64,000 nucleotides of DNA from a virus, in the IMG/VR virus record IMGVR_UViG_3300010938_000004, positions 32,001 to 96,000 of that record; one strand, written 5' to 3'. Positions 46,498-55,712 of this stretch are shown here, piece after piece. The position numbers were made by a program, and so were the translations under genes. Each line of letters opens with the position of its first letter. Position 1 is the first letter of the stretch. Below the pieces are notes generated by a model, which made no database searches, was not told the origin of the DNA, and saw only the letters and a program-made list of their open reading frames with translations.

Positions 46498-46910
46498 GCC
46501 TGGAGATGACTCAGCGCTTTCAGGTGCTGAAGCGCATAGTCTCTAGCGCAGCTCCAGAATTCACTCTGAAAACTGTTTCTGCTGAGTCTTCCTACATGGA
46601 CAGAGAGCGCAAGCTTATTGCTGTTCCAGAGCGGGAAGGTTTTCTTGTGGCAGTTGCCGATGCTATGTTTTGCGTGGGGTTGCTACTTGCTGAGTCTGGC
46701 AAGATTAGGTCTTATGCGGCCCCTTCCTTCTCCAGGGCATTGGTGGCTCACAAGGTAGATCTGGCTGCTGCGAAGTGGGCCAAGACTACCGTCAGGTTGT
46801 TCTTCCACTGGCTGGACCAGACAGAGCTGGAAGGGCGTATAGACGACCTGGTCAGGTCGGCAGAGGAGTGGGCCGATGAGCTTGATGGACGACCTGCTGA
46901 TCCTGTTTGA
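46494..46910 (+). CDS. Hypothetical protein
   Basis: ATGA overlap. Confidence 0.65.
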   Translation: MSLEMTQRFQVLKRIVSSAAPEFTLKTVSAESSYMDRERKLIAVPEREGFLVAVADAMFCVGLLLAESGKIRSYAAPSFSRALVAHKVDLAAAKWAKTTVRLFFHWLDQTELEGRIDDLVRSAEEWADELDGRPADPV

Positions 46911-47796
46911 GAAGGCGGAGATTTCTCCTCGCGAGAATCAGAAGAGCTTCATCCTGGACTGTCCTGAGTGCGGGAAGCGCAATCACTGCTATGTTCGTAA
47001 AGAGTCGGGGTTTGCCAAGTGCTTTAAGTGCCTTGCCTCTTGGAATTTCTACTCTCTCGCAGCAGCCTTGATGGGTGTTCGGGTATCTGACGTCGAGAAG
47101 AGGCTTGGCCAAGCTTCCGCGGAGATGATCCCGGACCCTTGGCCCAAGAAGCGAGAGCGAGAGGATGACCTTCCTTCTCGGCCAATCTTGCTGGGCATGG
47201 ATTTCGTTCCTGCAGAAAACAGTGACGCGGCCCTTTCTTACCTGCTGTCCCGTGGCATGACTCCTGAGAAGATGGTCTACTACGACGTGAGGTATCATGC
47301 AGCCATGCACGCTGTGGTATTCCCGATTGTGAGAGATGGCATCACATATGGATGGCAGGCTAGGCGCATCCCGCCGCTCAAGGACGAGAAGATGCGGTTG
47401 CTCACTATGGCTGGGGTAGATAAGGGAAGGTTTCTACTTAACTGGGACAGAGCCTCAAAGCATGACCGCATTGTCTTAGTGGAGGGCCCCTTTGACTGCG
47501 TAAAGGCCGATCAGCCAGGCTACGGAGCCGTGGCTTCGATGGGCAAGGGCGTGTCGGACGAGCAGGTGAACATGATTTTGTCAGTCGCTAGGCAGGTCTA
47601 CATAGGCGTAGACAAAGACGCTACGGAGCAGGCCGAGGAGCTGTGTAGTAGGTTTTTGCAAGCTGGTGTCGAAGTGTACAGGTTGCTGCCCCCCGATGGG
47701 AGGGGTGACATGGGCGAGTGTACCGATCAGGAGGCTCAGGAAGCCCTGGAGAAGGCGGAGCGGGTGTGGGATAGCACATTCCTCATCGAGGCTTGA
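46876..47796 (+). CDS. dnaG: DNA primase (zinc finger + TOPRIM)
   Basis: CPECGK..CFKC, VVFPI, GWQAR, LVEGPFD, DKD, DMGE. Confidence 0.9.
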   Translation: MSLMDDLLILFEKAEISPRENQKSFILDCPECGKRNHCYVRKESGFAKCFKCLASWNFYSLAAALMGVRVSDVEKRLGQASAEMIPDPWPKKREREDDLPSRPILLGMDFVPAENSDAALSYLLSRGMTPEKMVYYDVRYHAAMHAVVFPIVRDGITYGWQARRIPPLKDEKMRLLTMAGVDKGRFLLNWDRASKHDRIVLVEGPFDCVKADQPGYGAVASMGKGVSDEQVNMILSVARQVYIGVDKDATEQAEELCSRFLQAGVEVYRLLPPDGRGDMGECTDQEAQEALEKAERVWDSTFLIEA

Positions 47797-47821
47797 CGCA
47801 GTTTGTCACCGCTGGTACTAT
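47793..47821 (+). promoter_or_regulatory. sigma70-type promoter with near-palindrome
   Basis: TTGACG-17nt-TACTAT with TG extension; TTGAC-N7-GTCAC; ATG 6 nt downstream. Confidence 0.75.
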
Positions 47822-47827
47822 TCAAGC

Positions 47828-48057
47828 ATGCAGCAGACCATTCTTATTCAGACCAAGGCAGACGGTCGCATCAAGGTCTGCAACAAGCTTTCTAAGATTC
47901 TGGATATCAACGTGACGCAGGCGATGTTCATTGCGCCCTAGGGAAGCCGACAGTGACGCTGGATTGGCTCAAGATGGGGAAGGTTGTTGCTTTGTGCGAC
48001 TCGGCCGGCGCCGAGTACGCGATCGATAATGTCGAAACGGAGGAGAGCGAGACATGA
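47828..48057 (+). pseudogene. Small gene with one apparent -1 frameshift (weakly L7/L12 C-terminal-like)
   Basis: MQQTILIQ..VTQAM stops at 47941; -1 frame HCALGKPTV..ESET ends overlapping next ATG. Confidence 0.45.
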
Positions 48058-48389
48058 AAAAGCAAGCAGATTTTACGTACCGAGGTGAAAAGCGGTGCAA
48101 GTTGACCGGACACACGGTCTACGGCATCGGCCGTGACAAGGAGTCCGCCAAGCAGGATCTGAAGAGCAATTGGAAGAAGCACAAAGACGCCCTGTCGAAG
48201 GGGCTGTTTTTGCAGGAAGTGGGCCGGTGCCACTCCCCGGGCTTTGTGAATCAGGAACACAAGATTTTGGGCTTCATTCGTATTCGCAATACGCAGCGCA
48301 CCGCGCCCATCCTGGCGCGCCCGAGCCTGGCCGAGCTCATCAAGGCCGGCAGGGCGATGCATGGCCCCCTGCCCCAGAGGGTTGGATGA
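48054..48389 (+). CDS. Hypothetical basic protein
   Basis: SD GGAGGAG; ATGA overlaps. Confidence 0.65.
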   Translation: MKKQADFTYRGEKRCKLTGHTVYGIGRDKESAKQDLKSNWKKHKDALSKGLFLQEVGRCHSPGFVNQEHKILGFIRIRNTQRTAPILARPSLAELIKAGRAMHGPLPQRVG

Positions 48390-48805
48390 GAATTCGGCCC
48401 ACAGAGCGCTACGACATCGTATTCGTGGCTCAGAACCCCAAGGGCTCGCAGAACGCGGGCAGGGCCCTGGTGGGAACTCGCTCGTGGGAAGTGCTCTTGT
48501 CCTGGACAGAAGAGATGGGCCTGTCTGGTCGCCCTTTCTTGGTCACGAACGCGCTGAGAGACTTCGGCCCTCCGCGGGCACTGCGGCGCGAGGAGCGCCT
48601 AAGGCTATATGGAGAGATCCGGCGCTATGGCCCCAAGGTTGTGGTCGCTTTGGGCTCTTTGGTGAGCAGAGACCTGACTAGGGCTGGAGTGCCTCACCTG
48701 AGACTTCCGCACCCTTCCGGCCTGAACCGCCACACGAGCCACAAGCGGGCACTCCGAGAGGTATTGACCCACGTGGGGGAACAAGTAAGGAGCGCGATTG
48801 AATAA
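48386..48805 (+). CDS. Uracil-DNA glycosylase superfamily protein
   Basis: IVFVAQNP, VTNA, PKVVVALG, LPHPSGLN. Confidence 0.8.
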   Translation: MRIRPTERYDIVFVAQNPKGSQNAGRALVGTRSWEVLLSWTEEMGLSGRPFLVTNALRDFGPPRALRREERLRLYGEIRRYGPKVVVALGSLVSRDLTRAGVPHLRLPHPSGLNRHTSHKRALREVLTHVGEQVRSAIE

Positions 48806-49370
48806 GCAGAAATTCATAGTGTCTTTGGATCTAGAGATGAATCAACCCAGTGGGAACATAATTCAGGTGGGCGCGTGTTGGGGAGATCCCCTTGCCGGTG
48901 AGATCCGCGAGATGCGCCGGCACTACGTGCGCCTGCCGCCGGAAGAAACCGTGAGCGCAGAAATCACCAAGTTGACGGGGATCACTCAAGATCAGCTGGA
49001 CAGCGCGGGAATGCCGTTGGCAGTCGCGTACGAGTCTGTCGCAGAGTTGGTCAGGAGAGAGGACACGATCCGCAATCTTTTCACTTGGGGAGGCAATGAC
49101 GCCTCTTTGCTGGTCCGGCAGGCCGGAATAAGGCAACCTGCCTTTGGGCAGACGGTTTTTGACGTCAAGAAGCTCTATCAGGTGTACAGGATGGCCACCG
49201 GCCAGAAGATGCAGTCTGGGCTGGCGAAGTCGATGACTAAGCTTGGCATGGTCTTTGAAGGTCGGAAGCATGACGGCCTCGACGACGCCGTCAACACGTT
49301 CCGCGTGTTTCATCGGCTTCTCATAATGATGAGTCAACTTAAGGTTGACTTGACGCAGCGCGCTCCTTGA
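48798..49370 (+). CDS. DEDDh 3'-5' exonuclease
   Basis: LDLEMN, IIQVGA, LTGITQ, WG.ND, HDGLDDA. Confidence 0.88.
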   Translation: MNKQKFIVSLDLEMNQPSGNIIQVGACWGDPLAGEIREMRRHYVRLPPEETVSAEITKLTGITQDQLDSAGMPLAVAYESVAELVRREDTIRNLFTWGGNDASLLVRQAGIRQPAFGQTVFDVKKLYQVYRMATGQKMQSGLAKSMTKLGMVFEGRKHDGLDDAVNTFRVFHRLLIMMSQLKVDLTQRAP

Positions 49371-49383
49371 TACTTTATCTTCA

Positions 49384-52300
49384 ATGAAGTTCCCCACTAG
49401 CCTTCAGTTGTGCCCTCTTCATGCGCACACAGTTTATTCCGTGCTTGATGGCGCCAGCACGATCGACCAGTACCTCACGTGGTGTAAGGACAATGGAGCC
49501 CCAGCACTAGGCATCACGGACCACGGGTGGATGATTGGATTGTTGGAATTGTACAGCAAGTCCAAGGAAGCCGGGGTTGTTCCACTCCCCGGTTGTGAGT
49601 TCTACGTCGTGCCCGATAAGGACCATCCTTTTCAGGCCGATATCTACGACTACTGTCACGTGACTGTCTGGGCTTACAACGAGCAAGGCTACAAGAATCT
49701 CATGAAGCTAGGCTCAATCTCTTGGCAGCAAGATGAGCTATTCGGCATTTCGCGCAAGGATAAGAAGAAGATCTGGACGCCCAAAGACAGGGTGGTATCG
49801 AAATTCGGCGTGGCCAAGCCGCGCATTACCTTTGATGAGTTGGCTCAGTACTCCGCGGGTCTGGTGGGCGCCTCTGGCTGCCTCATCGGGCCGCTAGCTA
49901 AGGCTACTCTCAATCGAGAGCGCGAGGGTTTTGATCTGTATGTGAACAAGCTCAGGGCCATCTTTAAGGATCGCCTGTACCTAGAGATAATGCCCCATTG
50001 CGTGACTCACAATTGGAATAAGAAGACCAACTCGTTCGAAGAGATCGAGTGTACTGACCTGTCACCTGATGGAGATCTTCAGCGTACGGCGAATTTGGCT
50101 GTGTTGGAGGCTGCGAAGCGCGAGAGGCTGCCATTGCTACTCACGGTAGACAGTCATTTCGTGAAGCCCGAACAGAAGGGGCTGCAGGACGCGATTCTGT
50201 CGCAGGGAGAGGAGGGCGGCTTTCGTTTTCACAACTCGTACCACATGGTCACGACTAATGAGGCGTGGCAGTTTTGGCGCGAGCGGTACGGCGAGGACGA
50301 GGACAACCGCAAGATGTTCCAGGAGGCTGTAGAAAATAATCACGCGATCGCCGACCTGGCTAAGGACATCAAGATTCAAACTTCTTACCATCAGGTTCAA
50401 CCGGAGATCCCGCAAGAGATAACTGCGGCTGTGTCTAGCCCCAAGGAGCAGCAGTATACCTTGGTCTACAACCTGATTAACAAGCACGGTCGCATGCCGT
50501 GGGGAAATCAGGTCTATGAACAACGGCTTCAGTCGGAACTTGAGATCATCGTGGAGAATGGGAAGCTAAACTTTTTGCCGTACTTCTTGTTCAAGGAGAA
50601 GTGGGGGTCGTGGGCTAGAGAGATGGGCTTGTTTCATGGCATCGGCCGCGGCTCTGCCGGCGGCAGTCTTCTGTCGTACTTGCTGAAGATCACCCATATC
50701 GATCCGATTAAGTGGCAGTTGCCCTTCGAGCGTTTTTTGTCTCGCGCCCGCATCGAACGCGGTAAGTATCCTGACATCGACTCTGACTGGTCCGATCGCG
50801 ATCTTCTGCTAGAAAAGCTGAAGGAGGAGTACGGAGATAGGTACGCTCAGATTAGCACCCACGGCACCTTGAAGATCAAGATGGCCATTAAGGATGCCCT
50901 TCGTTTCTTCGAGGGCCAAGTTTCTAAGGAAGATGAGAAGTTCATCCACAAGATCCCCAATACGCCCATGGGTGTCATGGATCAAAACTTCCTCCTGGGC
51001 TATGTAGACAAGGACAAGAACGTCCATGAAGGTTTAGTTGACACCATGCCGGAGCTGAAGGCGTGGCTTGAAGCTCGTCCTGCAGTTTTCGACATGATGC
51101 GCCAGCTTTTGGGCATACCACGCAGCGTTGGTCGCCACGCGTCGGGCATTGTCGTGTCGGATGTGCCGGTGAGCGAGGTGGTGCCCACTTGTTACATCAG
51201 CGGCAGTTTGTGCACTCAGTACACCGCGAACGATGTCGAGAAGTCGGGACTCATCAAGTATGACGAGTTGACGGTCACCTTCTATGCCTATGTGGCACGA
51301 TGCATCTGGCTGATTCACAAGGATGCAGGTTGGAAGACCTGGTCAGAGCAGGTCACCGTGAACGGACAGGAATTCACCGTTTTGCGATCTGAGCGCCCCT
51401 TGACCATTTTGCCGATTCGTCAGCCGGACGGCTCTCTGTTGGAACTTGATGTGTACAATCTGCCTGAAGAGAAAGACGTTTTTGACATGATCAGTGCTGG
51501 CGACACTGCTTCGCTTTTCCAGATCAGTAGCAACCTGCTGACGGATTTTTGTAGGCGTACTGCCCCGCGCTCTGTGGCGGACATCAGCGCCTTGGTGGCT
51601 CTTGTTCGACCCGGCCCGCTTGACGCTGAAGTGGAGCCTGGGCTGACCATGGCCGAGGCTTACGTGAAGCGCCGGGCTGGCGAGATCCCGGTCAAGTATC
51701 CCCATCCAGACATGGAGCAGCTCACTAGTGAGACTTATGGAATTATTCTCTATCAGGAGCAGCTGCAAAAAGCCTTCAGTATTTTGGCTGATTATTCTCC
51801 CGAGGATGCTGACTACTTCCGCGAGGTGCTCGCCAAGAAGAAGGCTCAGGAGGTGCAGGGGCACTTCCCCAAGATCCGAGAAAAATTGGCGGCCCGTGGA
51901 TGGAACGATGTACAGGTTCAGACGTTTATCGACGCTTGCACTGCCGCATCGCGTTACTCTTTTAACTGCATAGATGGCGATGAGCTGCTTGTGACAGACG
52001 AGGGTCTGGTGCCCATGCGTACTGTGGCCAGTGCGCCAGAGAAGTTTAGGGTGGCTACCTTAAACGAGTCCCACGCAGTGTCCTATGTGACACCGAGCCA
52101 CGGGGCCTTTATGGGGGAGAAGGAAGTCTTTGAAATTGTTTTAGAAAACGGGAATAAGATTCAGGCCACCGAAGACCATAGATTTTATACTAATCATGGC
52201 TGGAAGACGCTTAAAGAAGTGCTCTCCAATAATTATGAGATATTGATTGTCGATGTCGAAGAAGTAATGGAAGCGCCAGTAGTTGCAAGAGCTGATGGCA

Positions 52301-53460
52301 CATTAGTGAAAGTCACCTCCTTTAAGAGCTTGGGCGTCAAGAGAGTCTACGATCTGGAGATTCCTGGCACTCACAACTTTATCCTGCAGTCAGGCGCTGT
52401 GGCCCATAATTGTGCCCATAGCGCAGCGTACGGCTCTGCTGCCTATATCGGCGCGTACCTGAAGAAGCGCTTTCCGGTTGAGTGGTGGGCTGCGGTTCTT
52501 TCCGCTTCTGACGTGTCTGATATCAAAAAGAAGGGCTACTCTCACGCGGCCAAGGACCACATGCGCCTGCCGCACGTGAATGGACCCATCCACACCTTTG
52601 AGGTAGTGGAACAGGACGGCGTCAAGACCATCGATGCCCCTCTTGCCGCAGTTCTTGGCTTTGGCCAGGCGTCCCGCGCTGACTTGCAAAAGATCCGCGA
52701 GAAGGGTCCTATTTCTTCTATCTTGGATTTTTTCTGCAGGACTAGGGGGACCCGGATCTCTTCTGGAGTGTTCAAGGACTTGGTGCTGTCCGGCTGCTTC
52801 GACCTACTGCATCCTGACATGGAGAAGAAGGACATGCTGGAGTTGTACTTCTGGTTGCAGCGCGTGTCTGGACTTAAGGCGGGCAGAGACAAGATGGGGG
52901 AAGAGCTTTTAGAGGCAGCATTAGCTCGGATGGAGTCCCATCCTGAAGAGATTCAAGATGCTAACTTAGACCCAGGCATCAGCGACCTAGTATGGCTGAA
53001 CACCGAGAAGATTCGCAGATTGTCGCTCTATGACTTTCATCCGCTGGTGGCCCTCAAGGAGGTGCTCAGCACCAAGGGCTTCATTTACACCCACAAGGAT
53101 GTTCGATTCCGGATGCGCCAGGAAGAGATTTTGGTGATGGAGAATTTGTCTGGAGCGGCTGATTACCACTCTGCGGTTGGGTGGGTTGGCATTTTGACCG
53201 AGGTAAAGGGGTGGACTTATCAAAGCAAGAAGAAGGGCACGCAGGAGACTGCGTGTAAGTTGCAGGTGGACTGCGGTGGGGAAGTTCTAGAGTGCGTAAT
53301 GTGGCCTGATACTTATCAGAGATACAAGCCGATGTTGATTAAGATGAGCAAGACTGACATAGTGTTTGTGGTGGGCAGCGTGAAAGCGTCGGCGTTTAGT
53401 CGTTCTGGGTATTCCATGAACGTAGATTTTTTCCGCGGAGTGAGGACCTTGAGCATATGA
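49384..53460 (+). CDS. dnaE: DNA polymerase III alpha (family C) with PHP domain and intein
   Basis: HAH..SVLDG, ITDHG, GRGSAGGSL, FERFL, PDIDSD, RHASG, KYD, RPGP, YQEQ. Confidence 0.97.
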   Translation: MKFPTSLQLCPLHAHTVYSVLDGASTIDQYLTWCKDNGAPALGITDHGWMIGLLELYSKSKEAGVVPLPGCEFYVVPDKDHPFQADIYDYCHVTVWAYNEQGYKNLMKLGSISWQQDELFGISRKDKKKIWTPKDRVVSKFGVAKPRITFDELAQYSAGLVGASGCLIGPLAKATLNREREGFDLYVNKLRAIFKDRLYLEIMPHCVTHNWNKKTNSFEEIECTDLSPDGDLQRTANLAVLEAAKRERLPLLLTVDSHFVKPEQKGLQDAILSQGEEGGFRFHNSYHMVTTNEAWQFWRERYGEDEDNRKMFQEAVENNHAIADLAKDIKIQTSYHQVQPEIPQEITAAVSSPKEQQYTLVYNLINKHGRMPWGNQVYEQRLQSELEIIVENGKLNFLPYFLFKEKWGSWAREMGLFHGIGRGSAGGSLLSYLLKITHIDPIKWQLPFERFLSRARIERGKYPDIDSDWSDRDLLLEKLKEEYGDRYAQISTHGTLKIKMAIKDALRFFEGQVSKEDEKFIHKIPNTPMGVMDQNFLLGYVDKDKNVHEGLVDTMPELKAWLEARPAVFDMMRQLLGIPRSVGRHASGIVVSDVPVSEVVPTCYISGSLCTQYTANDVEKSGLIKYDELTVTFYAYVARCIWLIHKDAGWKTWSEQVTVNGQEFTVLRSERPLTILPIRQPDGSLLELDVYNLPEEKDVFDMISAGDTASLFQISSNLLTDFCRRTAPRSVADISALVALVRPGPLDAEVEPGLTMAEAYVKRRAGEIPVKYPHPDMEQLTSETYGIILYQEQLQKAFSILADYSPEDADYFREVLAKKKAQEVQGHFPKIREKLAARGWNDVQVQTFIDACTAASRYSFNCIDGDELLVTDEGLVPMRTVASAPEKFRVATLNESHAVSYVTPSHGAFMGEKEVFEIVLENGNKIQATEDHRFYTNHGWKTLKEVLSNNYEILIVDVEEVMEAPVVARADGTLVKVTSFKSLGVKRVYDLEIPGTHNFILQSGAVAHNCAHSAAYGSAAYIGAYLKKRFPVEWWAAVLSASDVSDIKKKGYSHAAKDHMRLPHVNGPIHTFEVVEQDGVKTIDAPLAAVLGFGQASRADLQKIREKGPISSILDFFCRTRGTRISSGVFKDLVLSGCFDLLHPDMEKKDMLELYFWLQRVSGLKAGRDKMGEELLEAALARMESHPEEIQDANLDPGISDLVWLNTEKIRRLSLYDFHPLVALKEVLSTKGFIYTHKDVRFRMRQEEILVMENLSGAADYHSAVGWVGILTEVKGWTYQSKKKGTQETACKLQVDCGGEVLECVMWPDTYQRYKPMLIKMSKTDIVFVVGSVKASAFSRSGYSMNVDFFRGVRTLSI
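51967..52410 (+). mobile_element. 148-aa mini-intein in DnaE
   Basis: YSFN|CIDGD..ATEDHRF..VYDLEI..HNF..AHN|CAHSAAY. Confidence 0.92.
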
Positions 53461-53885
53461 TCGAACCCAATAAGATAGCATCAAAGCAGTTGGCGCTTCT
53501 TGTTAAAGAAGCGGTCCAGCATCAGTTCAACAAGAACTACGTTCTGTCGTCACTGCTGCTGAGTGTGCCAACCAAGGACTGCCCTGAGGGCCAGGCGATC
53601 CGGTGGTACGTGATTGGTGCGCCAGAGGCATACCCGCTTTTCTCGATCCAGAATGCTGAGGGCATCTTCTGCCGTAAGCTGGAGAACTTAGTTACTTTTG
53701 ACTCTACGGTGAAGGACGAGATTCTGGCTTACGATCTTGAGACGGATTCTGTGCGGATGATCGAAGAAAGGTCTTATGAGTTGGGCAAGCTGAGTGCTCC
53801 GACCGTGGTGCGGGTTCCAGACCCAGCTACTTCTGTGCCGTATGTACTGCCGCACAGGGTGCTTAGTTTCTCAGAGGGGGCATAA
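53457..53885 (+). CDS. Hypothetical protein
   Basis: ATGA overlap with dnaE. Confidence 0.7.
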   Translation: MIEPNKIASKQLALLVKEAVQHQFNKNYVLSSLLLSVPTKDCPEGQAIRWYVIGAPEAYPLFSIQNAEGIFCRKLENLVTFDSTVKDEILAYDLETDSVRMIEERSYELGKLSAPTVVRVPDPATSVPYVLPHRVLSFSEGA

Positions 53886-54622
53886 TGCTGAGATCAGATA
53901 CACAGGTGATTATACTCCTGGGCAATCGTCAGGCAGTCAGGCGCCTCACAGCAGCCGCTCCTTCGGAGGTGAAGGTAGTAGATGCAGATCAGTGGTTCTT
54001 GTCGGCCGTTAGCAAAGCTACTGGGCTTTCGATGGAAAGCCTGGGGTTGTACTCGGACAAGGATATGCAGGGCGAGATGTCCCTAGACAAAGGTACATTG
54101 GGCGTGTTCGCCGCATACATGAATTTGTCTAGGGTTTCTACGAACAACATCCTCAACAAGACTTCTGTTCAGGACGGGGTTAAGCATTTGCAAAACGTAA
54201 TGAGCAAGTACAGCCCACACAAGGACGGGTGGTTGCTCCAGAATGCCGTAGACATGCTCTACTATTCTCAGCCGGTTAAGCGAGTGCTGGTCTCAATCGA
54301 GGGGCTGGACCTCAAGGAGTTCATGCAGACGCTTGCCCACTACAATTTGGCTTCGCGCGCGCGTTACGTAGTGCTGATTCCGCGCGCTGCGTCAGGAGAG
54401 AAGGTCCTTCAGTATGAAGGAGATCTGCCGCCTTCATATAGCGAGATTGTCATCGAGGAAGGAACGTCATTGACAGACGTGGTGGATGATGTCTTTAATA
54501 GCAAGTCTAAGGCGCACAGCAAGCCAAAGCAGAAGCGGCCGAGTCCTAAGCGAAGACAGGCCAAGAAGCAGGTAGAGCCAGAGACGCCGAAGGAAGAAAT
54601 AAAGGAGAACACAGATGAGTGA
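53885..54622 (+). CDS. Hypothetical protein
   Basis: TAATG overlap; 245 aa. Confidence 0.7.
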   Translation: MLRSDTQVIILLGNRQAVRRLTAAAPSEVKVVDADQWFLSAVSKATGLSMESLGLYSDKDMQGEMSLDKGTLGVFAAYMNLSRVSTNNILNKTSVQDGVKHLQNVMSKYSPHKDGWLLQNAVDMLYYSQPVKRVLVSIEGLDLKEFMQTLAHYNLASRARYVVLIPRAASGEKVLQYEGDLPPSYSEIVIEEGTSLTDVVDDVFNSKSKAHSKPKQKRPSPKRRQAKKQVEPETPKEEIKENTDE

Positions 54623-55712
54623 GATGCTAGAAGGTCTTTCGTTTGATCTCGATTCGTTCAACAGCAAGAGCAAGTACTTCAAGTTCCCGGAGGGGACGAC
54701 TCTGATTCGTTTCCTTCCTCCTTACGGGGACAAGGCGAATCGCCGTCCGTTCAAGCAGTACAAGGTCCACTTCGGCTTTACGGATGAGCGCGGCAAGCAG
54801 CGCCCGGTCTACTGTCCGTCGAATGACGGCTTTGACTGCTCGCTCTGTGAGAAGGTTAAGCAGCATCAGGATACGGCTGCGGCCATGTACAAGACCAAGA
54901 AAGCCAATGGTGGCAACTTGGCTCCGGATGAGCAATGCGCCCTAGACGAGGCCAACAACTTCGTGAAGAAGTACCGCGCGGACAATAAGTTCTACTACAA
55001 TGCGATCCTGGCCAATGGTGATATCGTGGTCGCCCAAGTGCCTTGGGCTGTCCAGGGGGGTTCCCGCCGCAGCGACGACCAGAAAGACGAGGCGCCGCCC
55101 ACCTCCCTTCAGGCCTTGATGCTTCAGGCGTGGAACGACTACAAGATCGACCCGCTCAGCATCACTCGCGGTCTGTGGTTTGTGGTTACCCGGACCGGCA
55201 AGATGTTGGATACCAAGTACTCGGTATCCTTCCAGGAGAGTTCAACCGTGGAGAGTGACGGCACCATCGTGAAGCGCATTAAGTTCACCAACCTGGTGGA
55301 CGAGATGAAGGACAAGAATCCTCAAGGCATCAAGGATGCGATCGCCCAGCTGAAGGGCGAGACCAAGGCGGGCCCGCTGGTGGATGTGCATGATCTATAC
55401 GATCCGCTCACCCCGGCCCAGTTCGAGGCGATCTTGCAGGGGGCGCCGGTTCCTTCTCGTGGGGCGCAGCAAGAGGTTGAAGAGCAGGCTCCTGGGAAGC
55501 CGTCCTTTACTTTGGGAGATGGGCCTGCGCCGACCCCTGCGCCGACCCCTGCGCCGACCCCTGCGCCGACCCCTGCGCCTGCCCCTGCGCCTGCCCCTGC
55601 GCCTGCCCCTGCGCCGACCCCTGTCGCCGCGCCGACTGTCACGGCGAGCGACAAGATCGCTGAGGCTCGGGCCAAGGCCGCGAAGTTTCGAGACTCTCAG
55701 AAGAAGGCTTAA
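54615..55712 (+). CDS. ssDNA-binding protein, T4 gp32-like
   Basis: IRFLPP, H..CP....C.LC, RTG...TKY; replication/recombination context. Confidence 0.75.
   Translation: MSEMLEGLSFDLDSFNSKSKYFKFPEGTTLIRFLPPYGDKANRRPFKQYKVHFGFTDERGKQRPVYCPSNDGFDCSLCEKVKQHQDTAAAMYKTKKANGGNLAPDEQCALDEANNFVKKYRADNKFYYNAILANGDIVVAQVPWAVQGGSRRSDDQKDEAPPTSLQALMLQAWNDYKIDPLSITRGLWFVVTRTGKMLDTKYSVSFQESSTVESDGTIVKRIKFTNLVDEMKDKNPQGIKDAIAQLKGETKAGPLVDVHDLYDPLTPAQFEAILQGAPVPSRGAQQEVEEQAPGKPSFTLGDGPAPTPAPTPAPTPAPTPAPAPAPAPAPAPAPTPVAAPTVTASDKIAEARAKAAKFRDSQKKA
55524..55619 (+). repeat. 8x12-bp tandem repeat encoding a Pro-Ala/Thr linker
   Basis: CCTGCGCCGACC x5 and CCTGCGCCTGCC x3. Confidence 0.9.

Noticed and set aside
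51967-52410. Homing endonuclease within the intein
   Set aside because: 148 aa is too short and no LAGLIDADG/HNH motif is present
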